A DNA stretch of 64,000 nucleotides from contig CP066686.1 in assembly GCA_016432365.1 (NCBI GenBank), positions 691,992 to 755,991 of the forward strand. The letters run 5' to 3'. A model generated the notes under the pieces. It did no database searches and was not told the DNA's origin. It saw only the letters and a list, made by a program, of their open reading frames with translations. This DNA comes from Candidatus Woesebacteria bacterium (lineage in GTDB: Bacteria; Patescibacteriota; Microgenomatia; UBA8517). Position numbers and translations under genes: made by a program. Below, in pieces: positions 27,126-36,277 of this stretch. How positions within the stretch are numbered: the stretch's first letter is position 1; each line of letters starts with the position of its first letter.

Positions 27126-28531
27126 AGAGGGGACAGTTTCACTTCTCTTACATTCTTAATTTTCTCGAAGAACTCCGGTAAATGGCTAACGAAAATTACA
27201 GGGCCTTCAAACCCATCAATAGCTTTAGTTATTACGGGAATATGGCGGAAATTTATGTGATTTGTAGGTTCGTCCAATATCAAAAGACCAGGTTTTTGCA
27301 TTACAAGCCTTGCGTAGCAAAGGAGTCCTTTTTGGCCTTCGGATAACGACTCTATTTTGGTATTTAAAATATCACCATTAAGTAAAAACCTAGCTCCCGC
27401 TTCATATATTTCTTGCGGTAACGCAGTTGGGTTAACCGACAAAATTGAATCGTACGCCGTTTGATTAAAGTCCAGCTCGCTAAAATCTTGGCTATAGTAG
27501 CCGATTCTAATTTTGGGATTAATATCTGCTTTCTTGCCATCCAAATAGGAGCGAAGGAGAGTGCTTTTGCCGATTCCGTTTGGCCCTTTTATCAAAAGTC
27601 TTACGCCTTTGACAAGTTCTGTAACAATCGGTTCTTTAATTTTTGCAATATAACCAACATATTCCTGGCAGGGAATTGTAAAATTGGGAATAGTCTTGTC
27701 TTCACGCCTTATCTCAACTGCGGTTTCGCGGTCTTCCTCTATTTCTTTTCTTAATTTTCTGGCCAAGTGGCTCATGGCGATGCTTTTTCCTCCTAATTTG
27801 TTAATTTTAAGAAATCTGTCTTTGATACTTTTTTCCAAGAGCGCATTTTGTCTTCTGTCTCTTTCCAATTTGGCCTCGATTTCGTTGATCACGTCGTAAT
27901 AATTGCCTACAAACTGTTCGACTTTGTGTGTATGAACATCTAAATTTAAGACACCGTCAGTGAAACAATTCAAAAAGTCCGAATCGTGGGAAATAACAAT
28001 ACAAGTTTTTTCGTAATTCATCAAAAAAATAGTCAATTCGTTTACACCTTCTTTATCAAGATTGTTAGTTGGCTCATCCAGTAGCAAAACGTCAGGGTTT
28101 GTGATTAAGGCGTAGGCAAGTAGGAGCCTGGCTTTTTGCCCACCGGAAAGCACTTTGACTTTTCTGTCCAATGGGACATCCAAGTTAACACTTTTAAATA
28201 TTTTATATATATCACCTTCAATTCCATATTCTTTTTCGGGTAGAGCGGTTTTGAAGTAATCCAAAACTGTGAGGTCAATTTTGTCGGCAGGAACCATTTG
28301 TTCCGCAATTCCGATTGTGGCACCATTTTCTAAGTGAATTTTTCCTCCTGTTGGAATGAGTTTGCCTAGGAGTAGTTTAAAAATAGTGCTTTTCCCCGCA
28401 CCATTCTGGCCGATAATGGTTACTATGGAGTTTCTGCGCACGCTGAAATTAGCCTCGTCGAGGATTACTTTTTGGTCGTTATATTCAAACGATACGTTTT
28501 CAAAGCGGATTACTACATTGTCTTGAGCCAT
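27122..28531 (-). CDS. ABC-F family ATPase (two tandem ABC domains, no TMD)
   Basis: Walker A in both domains (GQNGAGKST; GPNGIGKST). Signature LSGGQK/LSEGQK. Walker B LLLDEPTNNLD/LILDEPTNHIN. Confidence 0.85.
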   Translation of the reverse strand: MAQDNVVIRFENVSFEYNDQKVILDEANFSVRRNSIVTIIGQNGAGKSTIFKLLLGKLIPTGGKIHLENGATIGIAEQMVPADKIDLTVLDYFKTALPEKEYGIEGDIYKIFKSVNLDVPLDRKVKVLSGGQKARLLLAYALITNPDVLLLDEPTNNLDKEGVNELTIFLMNYEKTCIVISHDSDFLNCFTDGVLNLDVHTHKVEQFVGNYYDVINEIEAKLERDRRQNALLEKSIKDRFLKINKLGGKSIAMSHLARKLRKEIEEDRETAVEIRREDKTIPNFTIPCQEYVGYIAKIKEPIVTELVKGVRLLIKGPNGIGKSTLLRSYLDGKKADINPKIRIGYYSQDFSELDFNQTAYDSILSVNPTALPQEIYEAGARFLLNGDILNTKIESLSEGQKGLLCYARLVMQKPGLLILDEPTNHINFRHIPVITKAIDGFEGPVIFVSHLPEFFEKIKNVREVKLSPL

Positions 28532-28542
28532 ATGCGAAGTGT

Positions 28543-29373
28543 TTATTTTAACAGAAACGGACCTCTGAGTTCTATCGGAAGCATTTCAGCTATTTTTGCC
28601 ATGATTTCAATAACTGCGGCCCCATCTTCAGTGGAACCAATAAAAAATGGGGCACCGATTTTAATATAAATTGTACTTTCTTCACTCCAAATTGAGGTGG
28701 GGACTACCGGTTTGTCAAACTTTTTTGCCAATATGGCAACTGCTCCTGCCCCTTTGTGGAAAGTCTCAATCGGTGAAATTTTATTGTCAATTTCTGTATG
28801 GCCCTCAGGTGAAATTGCCACAATTTCGCCTGACTTTAATCTTTTTATCATATTTCTGGCTGCAATAGCTCGACCCGAAATAAAATCTTTTCTCGACTCG
28901 ACTGTGGGAGTTGAGATTATATTATCCGAATAAAGGGAATGGAATCTGGTAATAAATTGAATTGACCCCGGTAGTGCTATCTTGTCGTTAAACTTTCCTG
29001 ACATTACTATTTCAGTTGCCATTAAAAATGAAATATTTTTATTTTTAATCTCGAAGACTTGTGATGCCATTTCAAGAAATGCGGGGATTAAAATTCCATT
29101 ACTTGGGTGATTAAAGGCAAGAATACCTCCATTGGGAATATTATCCAGCCCTTCAAGATTGAAATTGTAGCTTTTCTTAAATTCGACCAAAAGTCTGTTT
29201 CCGTCAGAAATTAGATCACGATTTGCGTTTTCTTGAAACAGGTTCCGAATAATTTCTGAGGTGAGACCGGCACGGGTAAATTTGAGAGCAATACCGGGTA
29301 TTTCTCTCAGTTCAGGTGAAAGCGGCATTTGTAGTTGATATATAATATTTGCTATACTTATTGTCAATGCCAT
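28543..29373 (-). CDS. Lysophospholipid acyltransferase-like (PlsC-family) protein
   Basis: LAFNHPSNG (motif I-like) and AISPEGHTE (motif III-like). Weak. Confidence 0.4.
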   Translation of the reverse strand: MALTISIANIIYQLQMPLSPELREIPGIALKFTRAGLTSEIIRNLFQENANRDLISDGNRLLVEFKKSYNFNLEGLDNIPNGGILAFNHPSNGILIPAFLEMASQVFEIKNKNISFLMATEIVMSGKFNDKIALPGSIQFITRFHSLYSDNIISTPTVESRKDFISGRAIAARNMIKRLKSGEIVAISPEGHTEIDNKISPIETFHKGAGAVAILAKKFDKPVVPTSIWSEESTIYIKIGAPFFIGSTEDGAAVIEIMAKIAEMLPIELRGPFLLK

Positions 29374-30113
29374 CGGATAAATCCAAACAAACCAGAAGAA
29401 TGGTAGTTGAAGAAGTTGGTGTAGAGAAATCTCCGGTTACACCAGAGGTAGCCGAGTCGTCCGAACATGTGGAAGAGATAAAGGAGAAAGTTGGAGAGCT
29501 TCAGGACCTGACCGAGCATATATCCGACGACATTGAAAAATCCACCGAAGTACAGGAAGAAATTGTGGAAGCTGCCGAAAAAGTTGAACCTAAAGTAGAA
29601 ACAAAAATCGAAGATTTTGCCCCACCCGGAAGTCAAATTAAGAACAGTCCAAGTCCGCTTTTAATTTTGGTCCCAGGAGTATTACTTTTGGGTGCGCTTC
29701 TTGGAGGAATCTATTTTTATCAGAAGAATATAAATTCGGTTTCTGTGCCCACTCCCACTCCGATAGCGACCACAACTTCTACCATTATTCCTTCAGCCTC
29801 TCCAAGTGCAAAGCTTATTCTTACCAAATACCCAATTAATGTACAAAACGGGTCCGGTATACCGGGAGTTGCGGGAGATGCAAAAAGTTTACTTACAAAA
29901 GCTGGTTTTTCTGTCAGCGGAACAGGCAACGCAGACAATTATGATTACACGGACACAGTTATTAAGGTTAAATCCGATGTACCCGCCGAATTTATTTCTA
30001 AATTGGTTACAACCCTCTCCGGCATTTACAAAGTATCCACAAAAACTGAATCTCTTCCTGATACTTCTAAAGATGAAGTCGTTGTAATAGTAGGAAGCTC
30101 CAAGTCACAATAG
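29349..30113 (+). CDS. Membrane-anchored protein with LytR_C-like C-terminal domain
   Basis: Acidic N-terminus, one TM helix, and C-terminal VQNGSGIPGVAGDAKSLLTKAGFSVSGTGNADNYDYTDTVIKV. Confidence 0.5.
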   Translation: MLYLLSMPSDKSKQTRRMVVEEVGVEKSPVTPEVAESSEHVEEIKEKVGELQDLTEHISDDIEKSTEVQEEIVEAAEKVEPKVETKIEDFAPPGSQIKNSPSPLLILVPGVLLLGALLGGIYFYQKNINSVSVPTPTPIATTTSTIIPSASPSAKLILTKYPINVQNGSGIPGVAGDAKSLLTKAGFSVSGTGNADNYDYTDTVIKVKSDVPAEFISKLVTTLSGIYKVSTKTESLPDTSKDEVVVIVGSSKSQ

Positions 30114-30167
30114 TTAGAAAATCACTATTGCTTTTTGAAAAATAAAAAGTATATATTTAATATATAA

Positions 30168-30794
30168 ATGAAAAATAAAGCGGCAATTGCGGTAGTAGTA
30201 ATCCTTCTTCTTGGTATTGCTGGTTACTTTTATTTTAGTAAATCTAAAAATGTTGAAACTGCGAGTGGAATATCTTCGGGTGTAAAGTCTCTCAAGGAGC
30301 TTTTAGCGTCGGGTGTGCCTCAAAAATGTACCTTTGCAAGCGATGATGAATCGGGCAAAACCGAAGGTACTTCCTATATTGCAGGTGGTAAAGTGCGTGC
30401 TGATTTTACAAGCACTCTAAACGGTAAAACTACTGTTTCCCATATGATCTCGGACAATAAAACCAGCTACATTTGGACCGACGATGATAAGAATGGGTTT
30501 AAGATGACTGTTCCGGATTCTGACACAAAGGCTACTACAGCACCAGTTACAGGAGAAGCAGCCCAAGCAAGTGAAGTCGATTTGAATCAAAAATCGGATT
30601 ATAAATGTTCTGCCTGGATTCCCGATAATTCGATGTTTACTCCACCTGCCGATGTTAAGTTTACCGACTTTTCCGAAATGTTTAAGCCAAGCCCGGCAGC
30701 TAACGGAAGTGGGAGCTCCCAACAGTGCTCGATTTGTGACTCCCTTACGGGTGACGATAAGACTTCTTGTCTCTCTGCCTTAAATTGTAATTGA
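30168..30794 (+). CDS. Secreted/membrane-anchored hypothetical protein
   Basis: N-terminal TM/signal AAIAVVVILLLGIAGYFYF. Confidence 0.5.
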   Translation: MKNKAAIAVVVILLLGIAGYFYFSKSKNVETASGISSGVKSLKELLASGVPQKCTFASDDESGKTEGTSYIAGGKVRADFTSTLNGKTTVSHMISDNKTSYIWTDDDKNGFKMTVPDSDTKATTAPVTGEAAQASEVDLNQKSDYKCSAWIPDNSMFTPPADVKFTDFSEMFKPSPAANGSGSSQQCSICDSLTGDDKTSCLSALNCN

Positions 30795-30813
30795 TACGTG
30801 GTAGAATATTGCA

Positions 30814-31536
30814 ATGGAACCAAAAAATAATCCCCGTGAGGAAGCTGAGTATGAATCCTATATACACGACTTAGATTCAACTGACTGGGAAGCAAATAAT
30901 GAGGCATGGCAAAATGCTGCCTATGTAGTTGGTAAAAAAGACAAAAAACCTTATCAACAAAAACTTTTAAACGCTGCGCTTGATAAAATTCAAGCAGGTC
31001 CGGCGACGGAGACTGAGGGTCCTGTTATTTATTTTGTTAGACAGCTTGAAAAAAGATATTCAAGTGACTCCAACTACACAGACGTTGAGGACGTTGATAA
31101 TACCTTGAATCGGATTGTGGCGATGGAAGGGGCCAATATAGCGGCAAGAAAAATTGCTGCTGACATAATATTTGATATTCCGATGAGATTGACAGATGAA
31201 ATTACTGGCGTCGTCAAAAAAGCGTATGAATCTCCAAAAAGATATAAATCAGATTCATTTGAACATAAAGTGGTTGAGTTGAGTATAAATGCAGTTCAAG
31301 ATAATCCTCAAAAGAGAACAACAGAGGGAACACCGATTAATAGTTTGTATAAATTGTTTATTGAAAAAACTCTTAAAGGGGAAAATGATGAGGGAAGCGT
31401 AAGAAGATTCATGAGAAATTCAAAATATAATTGGGATTTAGAAAATAGCATGGAAATCGACTTCCTTAAGGATATTATGAATTCTAATATATTACCTGTT
31501 GATATAAAGAGTATGGCTTCTAAAGAGTTGCAATAG
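30814..31536 (+). CDS. Hypothetical protein
   Basis: 240-aa ORF. Confidence 0.5.
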   Translation: MEPKNNPREEAEYESYIHDLDSTDWEANNEAWQNAAYVVGKKDKKPYQQKLLNAALDKIQAGPATETEGPVIYFVRQLEKRYSSDSNYTDVEDVDNTLNRIVAMEGANIAARKIAADIIFDIPMRLTDEITGVVKKAYESPKRYKSDSFEHKVVELSINAVQDNPQKRTTEGTPINSLYKLFIEKTLKGENDEGSVRRFMRNSKYNWDLENSMEIDFLKDIMNSNILPVDIKSMASKELQ

Positions 31537-31547
31537 AACAACCTCAA

Positions 31548-31931
31548 ATGATGGAAAGAAACCCATGTACAGCAATCGGATGCCCTGCGGCCTGTTGTAG
31601 AAATATTAGTGGCCAAGTTGCAGGTAGAAGCAGGTTTTTCCTCGAAGCATTTCCCAACGCTCAACCGGTTCGTTCAGAAGAAGAATTAACAGATAAACTC
31701 AAAAAACAGGAACACGGTGTTTACTATGTTGAAAGTAGAGGTTGGACTTATTTTGCAATAAGCGGAAATTGCCCCAACCTAATGCCAAATTTTTCCTGCG
31801 GAATTCATGAAGAAAAATATTACCCCAAGCCATGTATAAATATGGAATTTAACAGCGGGCCGTGCATTCGATCTAAAAATATTTACAACGGGCTGTTACA
31901 TCCCCAAAAGAGTGAAGACCTTATGGATTAA
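31548..31931 (+). CDS. Cys-rich hypothetical protein
   Basis: CTAIGCPAACC...CPNLMPNFSCG...CINMEFNSGPC. Confidence 0.4.
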   Translation: MMERNPCTAIGCPAACCRNISGQVAGRSRFFLEAFPNAQPVRSEEELTDKLKKQEHGVYYVESRGWTYFAISGNCPNLMPNFSCGIHEEKYYPKPCINMEFNSGPCIRSKNIYNGLLHPQKSEDLMD

Positions 31932-32064
31932 GAATGCCGGCCAAACGATGGCTTTGAGCAAACCGATTACAAAGTCCAAAAAGGTTAGCGAATGTTGAAA
32001 GTAATAAATTAACGCTCCAACAAAACCCAAACCATAAAAAGTTCCGCCTGCCGGCCCTGCGTGC

Positions 32065-32781
32065 ATGTTTTTCCAGTTTTTATGTTTCTCTGTATCCATC
32101 TATTTATTATATTATATATGGATGGTGGGTATTGCAATATTAATTTTAGCTTTAATCACACTTTACATTCTTTCCCGAATTTTTATTCGAAAGCTTTTTA
32201 TAGTGCTATTCAGGTTTACTCGCAGTAAGGAGAAGGCGACAATGCTACTTGGTTGGATATTTTTGCCGGGAACTTTTATCCACGAAATTTCACATCTTTT
32301 GGCGGCGCTTGTCACAGTCGTTCCATTTGGTCAATTGAATCTGATGCCGGAAGTGGAAGAGGACGGTGTAAAGTTGGGGAGTGTGCAGATAGGTAAAACC
32401 GATTTTATTCGCGGCTCTATAATCGGGCTTGCGCCTATTTTGGCAGGTGGCGGAATAATATTTTGGGGAATTTCGTTTGCGTTAAGCGGGGGATACCTGC
32501 AAAATCCTTGGATTGTAGCTCTAATTATTTATTCCATATTCCAAATTACTCACACCATGTTTTCCAGCAAAAAGGACTTGGGGGCAGTTTTGGAACTCGT
32601 TGTTTTTTTTGCAATCGTTTCTATTGCCCTACTTATACTTAAAATATATTTCCCCTTTACATATATTTTTCAGAAGATGGTGGAGGCAGGGCCTGTCATT
32701 GAGAAATTCGGTTATTTGTTATTTATACCGATAGGCTTGGAGTTGGGTTTTTTGGCACTTTTCAGAAAAGTGAGGATTTAA
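32065..32781 (+). CDS. Polytopic membrane protein with HExxH (putative zinc metalloprotease)
   Basis: FIHEISHLLAALV lies within a TM segment. Multiple TM helices. Confidence 0.5.
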   Translation: MFFQFLCFSVSIYLLYYIWMVGIAILILALITLYILSRIFIRKLFIVLFRFTRSKEKATMLLGWIFLPGTFIHEISHLLAALVTVVPFGQLNLMPEVEEDGVKLGSVQIGKTDFIRGSIIGLAPILAGGGIIFWGISFALSGGYLQNPWIVALIIYSIFQITHTMFSSKKDLGAVLELVVFFAIVSIALLILKIYFPFTYIFQKMVEAGPVIEKFGYLLFIPIGLELGFLALFRKVRI

Positions 32782-33099
32782 AGTATTTTTTCCTCCAAAG
32801 ACATCTATTCAGCACTTCTTTGCTCGCACAAAGAAATGCTGTGAAGAAAGTGCGCGCTCTTTGTTCGTCATCCACTCATGAGTTCGCACATGTTTTGCAA
32901 AAGATTGCTACTTTGACAAGCAAGTGCTGCTTTTGCTTTTGAATTGAATTCGCAGACTCTCTCGTGGTTTCCTCACAAATGCTTGTTTTGGAACAAGGCT
33001 CATCAAAATGGAATTTCACACTGTGGTTTTGAGGAAGCATGATTTCCGTGTTAAAATAGGAAATTACAGCGGGCTTGCCCGACGTAGCTGCTAGCGCAG

Positions 33100-33124
33100 G
33101 CGGGTATGGTTCAATGGTAGAATA
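33100..33124 (+). other. Orphan tRNA 5'-half-like fragment (acceptor GCGGGTA + D-arm GTTC-AATGGTA-GAAT), Gly-like
   Basis: Folds as an acceptor strand plus a complete D-arm. The downstream sequence does not complete a canonical tRNA. Its acceptor strand is perfectly complementary to the orphan 3' half at 33280-33304. Confidence 0.3.
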
Positions 33125-33182
33125 AGCAAAGCTTGCAATTCGCAAGCTCATTAGTAGGAGCTTTCCAGAAACGAAGTTTGTT

Positions 33183-33253
33183 GCGGGATTAGTTGATCGG
33201 CTCAACATCAGCTTTCCAAGCTGAGAAGACGGGTTCGACTCCCGTATCCCGCT
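33183..33253 (+). tRNA. tRNA-Gly(TCC): tRNA-Gly (anticodon TCC)
   Basis: Manual fold: GCGGGAT-TA-GTTG-ATCGGCT-CAAC-A-TCAGC-TTTCCAA-GCTGA-GAAG-ACGGG-TTCGACT-CCCGT-ATCCCGC-T. All four stems pair. Confidence 0.7.
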
Positions 33254-33279
33254 CAAGGGTGTCCGCAACACATTTTGAT

Positions 33280-33304
33280 GCGGGTTCGATTCCCGCTACC
33301 CGCT
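33280..33304 (+). other. Orphan tRNA 3'-half-like fragment (T-arm GCGGG-TTCGATT-CCCGC + acceptor TACCCGC + T)
   Basis: It lies 26 nt after tRNA-Gly. Its acceptor strand complements the 5' fragment at 33100-33106 at 7 of 7 positions. Confidence 0.3.
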
Positions 33305-33377
33305 CAAAAAGTTAAAACTTATCCGATTCTGCATAGGAAATTTGCATTTGGAAAAATTCAGCCTATAATGGGCAATC

Positions 33378-34265
33378 ATGGTTGAGCAGGATAGTATCAT
33401 AGCCGAAAAGATACAATATTTTCCCGGACATCTTGAATCCGCCTTTAGTTTAGCAAGTGGTGGTATGGGAATCCACCTTCACTCGGTTGCTGATTTTGTA
33501 GCAGGAAGAGATTTGGCTAAATGGGCACATACAAGCCTGGCTCAGTCCGGTTCAAATTACCTCACAAACCCTTATGTTTTCGGCTGGAGATGGAAAGAAG
33601 GCCAAGATACAATGTATCTAGATTACGGTCCACATGCAACCTCACCTGAAACACAGTCTAATCTAAGATTATTTGATGTCATGAACGACGAATATGACAA
33701 AATGAGAAGTGTACAATTACGTTTAGTATTCGGTGGAGAAGAAGCAATAGCCATATCAGATCCAGAAGCCCCCATAACTAGTGAGGAGGAATTTATATCT
33801 CTGCTTGTAGCAGCCAGTCGGCAAGGACTAATCAAATATGATCCAAAAACATCACCTAAAATAGAGGTTGCAGATGATGAATTCTCACTGGTAGGAAATC
33901 TTATTAAAAATGGAGTAGAAATATCTGAGGATTTATGGATACGATGGGAAGCTGTAAAATTTTCAGACAGGTTCAGAGAAGCAACTATCAGAGCCGCTGT
34001 CCATAAATTGGGAGTTATGCTTGCCCTGACTGAACAGTTAACGTTTGATGCAAAGGCGTTAGGGGTTCCCATTTCTTCTAAATACAAACCAACAATATCA
34101 ATAGAAACCTGGGAAAAGAACTGGCAAGATTTGTTTAAAGAACCAATGCCTGATATTTCAGGTTTATATAGACAAGCCCACGCGGTGTTTGTTGAAAGTG
34201 CTTCTAAAGAAGACCCATTGGTAACACACTTATTCGCAATTAAAGAATTACCACACGTAAAATAA
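33378..34265 (+). CDS. Hypothetical protein (GC-shifted)
   Basis: 295-aa ORF directly downstream of the tRNA-Gly locus. GC is visibly higher than in its neighbours. Confidence 0.55.
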   Translation: MVEQDSIIAEKIQYFPGHLESAFSLASGGMGIHLHSVADFVAGRDLAKWAHTSLAQSGSNYLTNPYVFGWRWKEGQDTMYLDYGPHATSPETQSNLRLFDVMNDEYDKMRSVQLRLVFGGEEAIAISDPEAPITSEEEFISLLVAASRQGLIKYDPKTSPKIEVADDEFSLVGNLIKNGVEISEDLWIRWEAVKFSDRFREATIRAAVHKLGVMLALTEQLTFDAKALGVPISSKYKPTISIETWEKNWQDLFKEPMPDISGLYRQAHAVFVESASKEDPLVTHLFAIKELPHVK

Positions 34266-34341
34266 CTGTCTAGATAATTTTAAATCTTTTTGTAATATAA
34301 ACTCACTTTACAAATATGTTTCAAACTGGTAACTTTAATTA

Positions 34342-34719
34342 ATGGATGTTCCAAATAAAAAAACCGTCTTGGTAATTGAGGATGAGATTGTTTTACGTGA
34401 TTTAATTGTTAAGAAACTCGAAGAAATAGGTTTGGGCACATTGGTTGCCGACTCTGCACAAGAGGGGGAGAAGTTAATTAAGGAGAAACATCCAAATCTG
34501 GTACTTCTTGACATAATGCTTCCCGGAGGAATGAACGGTTTTGATCTTTTGGAGCGATTGAAGAGAGATCCTATACTAAAATCAACACCTGTCATTATTC
34601 TGACTAATCTGAGCACCGAAGATAAAACAGCTACAGAAATTGGTGCCATTGACTACATTATTAAATCCAATATTTCCTTGGACGAAGTCGCCCTCAAAGT
34701 AAAAAATCATCTTCAGTAG
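34342..34719 (+). CDS. Standalone response-regulator receiver (CheY-like REC) protein
   Basis: VLVIEDE...LLDIMLPGGMNGFDLL...PVIILT...AIDYIIK gives the phospho-acceptor Asp context. Confidence 0.85.
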   Translation: MDVPNKKTVLVIEDEIVLRDLIVKKLEEIGLGTLVADSAQEGEKLIKEKHPNLVLLDIMLPGGMNGFDLLERLKRDPILKSTPVIILTNLSTEDKTATEIGAIDYIIKSNISLDEVALKVKNHLQ

Positions 34720-34856
34720 AGAGTCCTCCCCGTTTTTGTGTTAAAATCTGTGTTGCGATTGAAACAAAATTCTAACAGAATTTTGAAAGGAGGAATGATG
34801 GAGTGCTAAAGCTTAAGCGGTAGCGGATAGCTTGAAAGCGAAATCCATTCCGACGC

Positions 34857-34940
34857 GCCGAGGTGGCGAAATGGTATACGCAAGGGCCTTAAGAGCCCTC
34901 GAGTGCATAACTCATGCGGGTCCGAGTCCCGCCCTCGGCA
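34857..34940 (+). tRNA. tRNA-Leu(TAA): tRNA-Leu (anticodon TAA), class II
   Basis: GCCGAGG acceptor. Anticodon stem AGGGC/GCCCT with loop CTTAAGA. Long variable arm. T-arm GCGGG-TCCGAGT-CCCGC. 3' strand CCTCGGC-A. Confidence 0.75.
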
Positions 34941-35041
34941 CACCACTACGCCGGAGGCTACGTGGTGCCACACAGCTTTAGCTAAGTGGGGCCACAAACA
35001 TGGAGGTTGAAGTGAACCCGATTTTAGCGTCATTCACTTTG

Positions 35042-35539
35042 TCAACCGGAAATAACTTTCACTTTCTTCCCAACTTTTTCAAGAGTTTTGACAATTCTAT
35101 TAAAATTTTGTTCTACAGGGCCCCAAAAATCATTATATGCAGGACTGTCCCATTCATCTCCAACAGGACCGGACCATGGGGTTTTAAGCTCAACATTTTG
35201 GGATGCGCTTGATTGAAGTATTTTGATTATTTTTTCCCCGCACACTTCAAAGTTAATCACCCCCGGATTATTTAAAACTTTGGAAGGAACTTCTGAATAT
35301 GGAATGTAAATTGCCATAACGTTTCCATTCTTTGACAAAACACCGTCCAACACAGCATCATCCGATTCAGTTACAACAATAAGACCGACTTTTGTGACGG
35401 CAGGATCAAAATCTTTCGTTCTTCGATCCATGTCATATTGCATAGATAAAGGCAATGCAAACTGATCTCTATTTTCCTTTTCCGAATAGAAAGTTACCAG
35501 AATATCTTTTAGCGCTTCAAATTGTTCTCTGTCTATCAT
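35042..35539 (-). CDS. Hypothetical protein
   Basis: 165-aa ORF. Confidence 0.5.
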   Translation of the reverse strand: MIDREQFEALKDILVTFYSEKENRDQFALPLSMQYDMDRRTKDFDPAVTKVGLIVVTESDDAVLDGVLSKNGNVMAIYIPYSEVPSKVLNNPGVINFEVCGEKIIKILQSSASQNVELKTPWSGPVGDEWDSPAYNDFWGPVEQNFNRIVKTLEKVGKKVKVISG

Positions 35540-35576
35540 TCTTGGGATTATAACTCGTTCTGTTGGTTAGTCAAAT

Positions 35577-36182
35577 TTAACTCTCAATTGCTTGTTTGAG
35601 TGACTTCCAGCGTTTTAATGAAGACTTTTGAAGCTTATCGAAATCCATGTTCTTTTCAATTTCGGATCTGGCACCACTCCCCATCCCCATGACAAAAGAC
35701 GGTGAACGCATCATTGCAAATGCCAATTGTTCATACAGTTCGTCTGTAAACTTAAGCAACAAGCGGGTCGGTTCACGAAAAACAGATGCGGGTTTTTTAT
35801 AAAGGATGGAAAAAACCCCAGCCAAACATCCGATTATTTTCTTTTTGTCTTCTGATTCTTTAGCAAGATCAAGTTTTTCATCCGCGAGTGCAGCCTCATA
35901 TGGATCAAAACCTAAACCACTCGCAGTACTTATTGTTTGAAAAAATTCAATTCTGGCATTTCTTCTTTCATCATCTGATAGCTCTTTATTTTCTATTTTT
36001 CTCTTTGCAACCATTGTACGGTAGGCGCTAACTTCATTTATTCCGTACATAAGTTGAGTCGATTGCACTCCACAATCGAATTTAGCTTTTTGGTTATCCT
36101 GAAATTCATATTTGATGGATTGAATTTCCAAATCTGCAAGTCTAGCGGGGTCAAATGATTCGTGAGATTTTACTCTTTCCAT
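35577..36182 (-). CDS. Hypothetical protein
   Basis: 201-aa ORF. Confidence 0.5.
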   Translation of the reverse strand: MERVKSHESFDPARLADLEIQSIKYEFQDNQKAKFDCGVQSTQLMYGINEVSAYRTMVAKRKIENKELSDDERRNARIEFFQTISTASGLGFDPYEAALADEKLDLAKESEDKKKIIGCLAGVFSILYKKPASVFREPTRLLLKFTDELYEQLAFAMMRSPSFVMGMGSGARSEIEKNMDFDKLQKSSLKRWKSLKQAIES

Positions 36183-36277
36183 ACCTTACGAAAATAATCT
36201 CATTTCAATTAATTGTCAAGCAGATGAATTGGCGCAAATAGGGTATAATAAGCATATGCAAAAGGAGGAATTCGCTC

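Noticed and set aside
31896-32099. 67-aa minus-strand membrane-like ORF between two plus-strand genes
   Set aside because: It is plausible but unsupported. There is no RBS that I could see, and it overlaps the start region of the downstream membrane-protein gene. Left uncalled.
33125-33223. Possible tmRNA tag-peptide reading frame between the tRNA fragments (AKLAIRKLISRSFPETKF...ISFPS*)
   Set aside because: The peptide does not end in a hydrophobic ALAA-type degron. The locus is too short for tmRNA and it contains a complete tRNA-Gly.
32876-33271. 131-aa minus-strand ORF
   Set aside because: It overlaps the tRNA-Gly gene and its tRNA-like fragments, and it spans a region full of hairpins. 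Almost certainly not coding.
34806-35033. 75-aa minus-strand ORF
   Set aside because: It lies antisense across tRNA-Leu(TAA). It is a spurious ORF.
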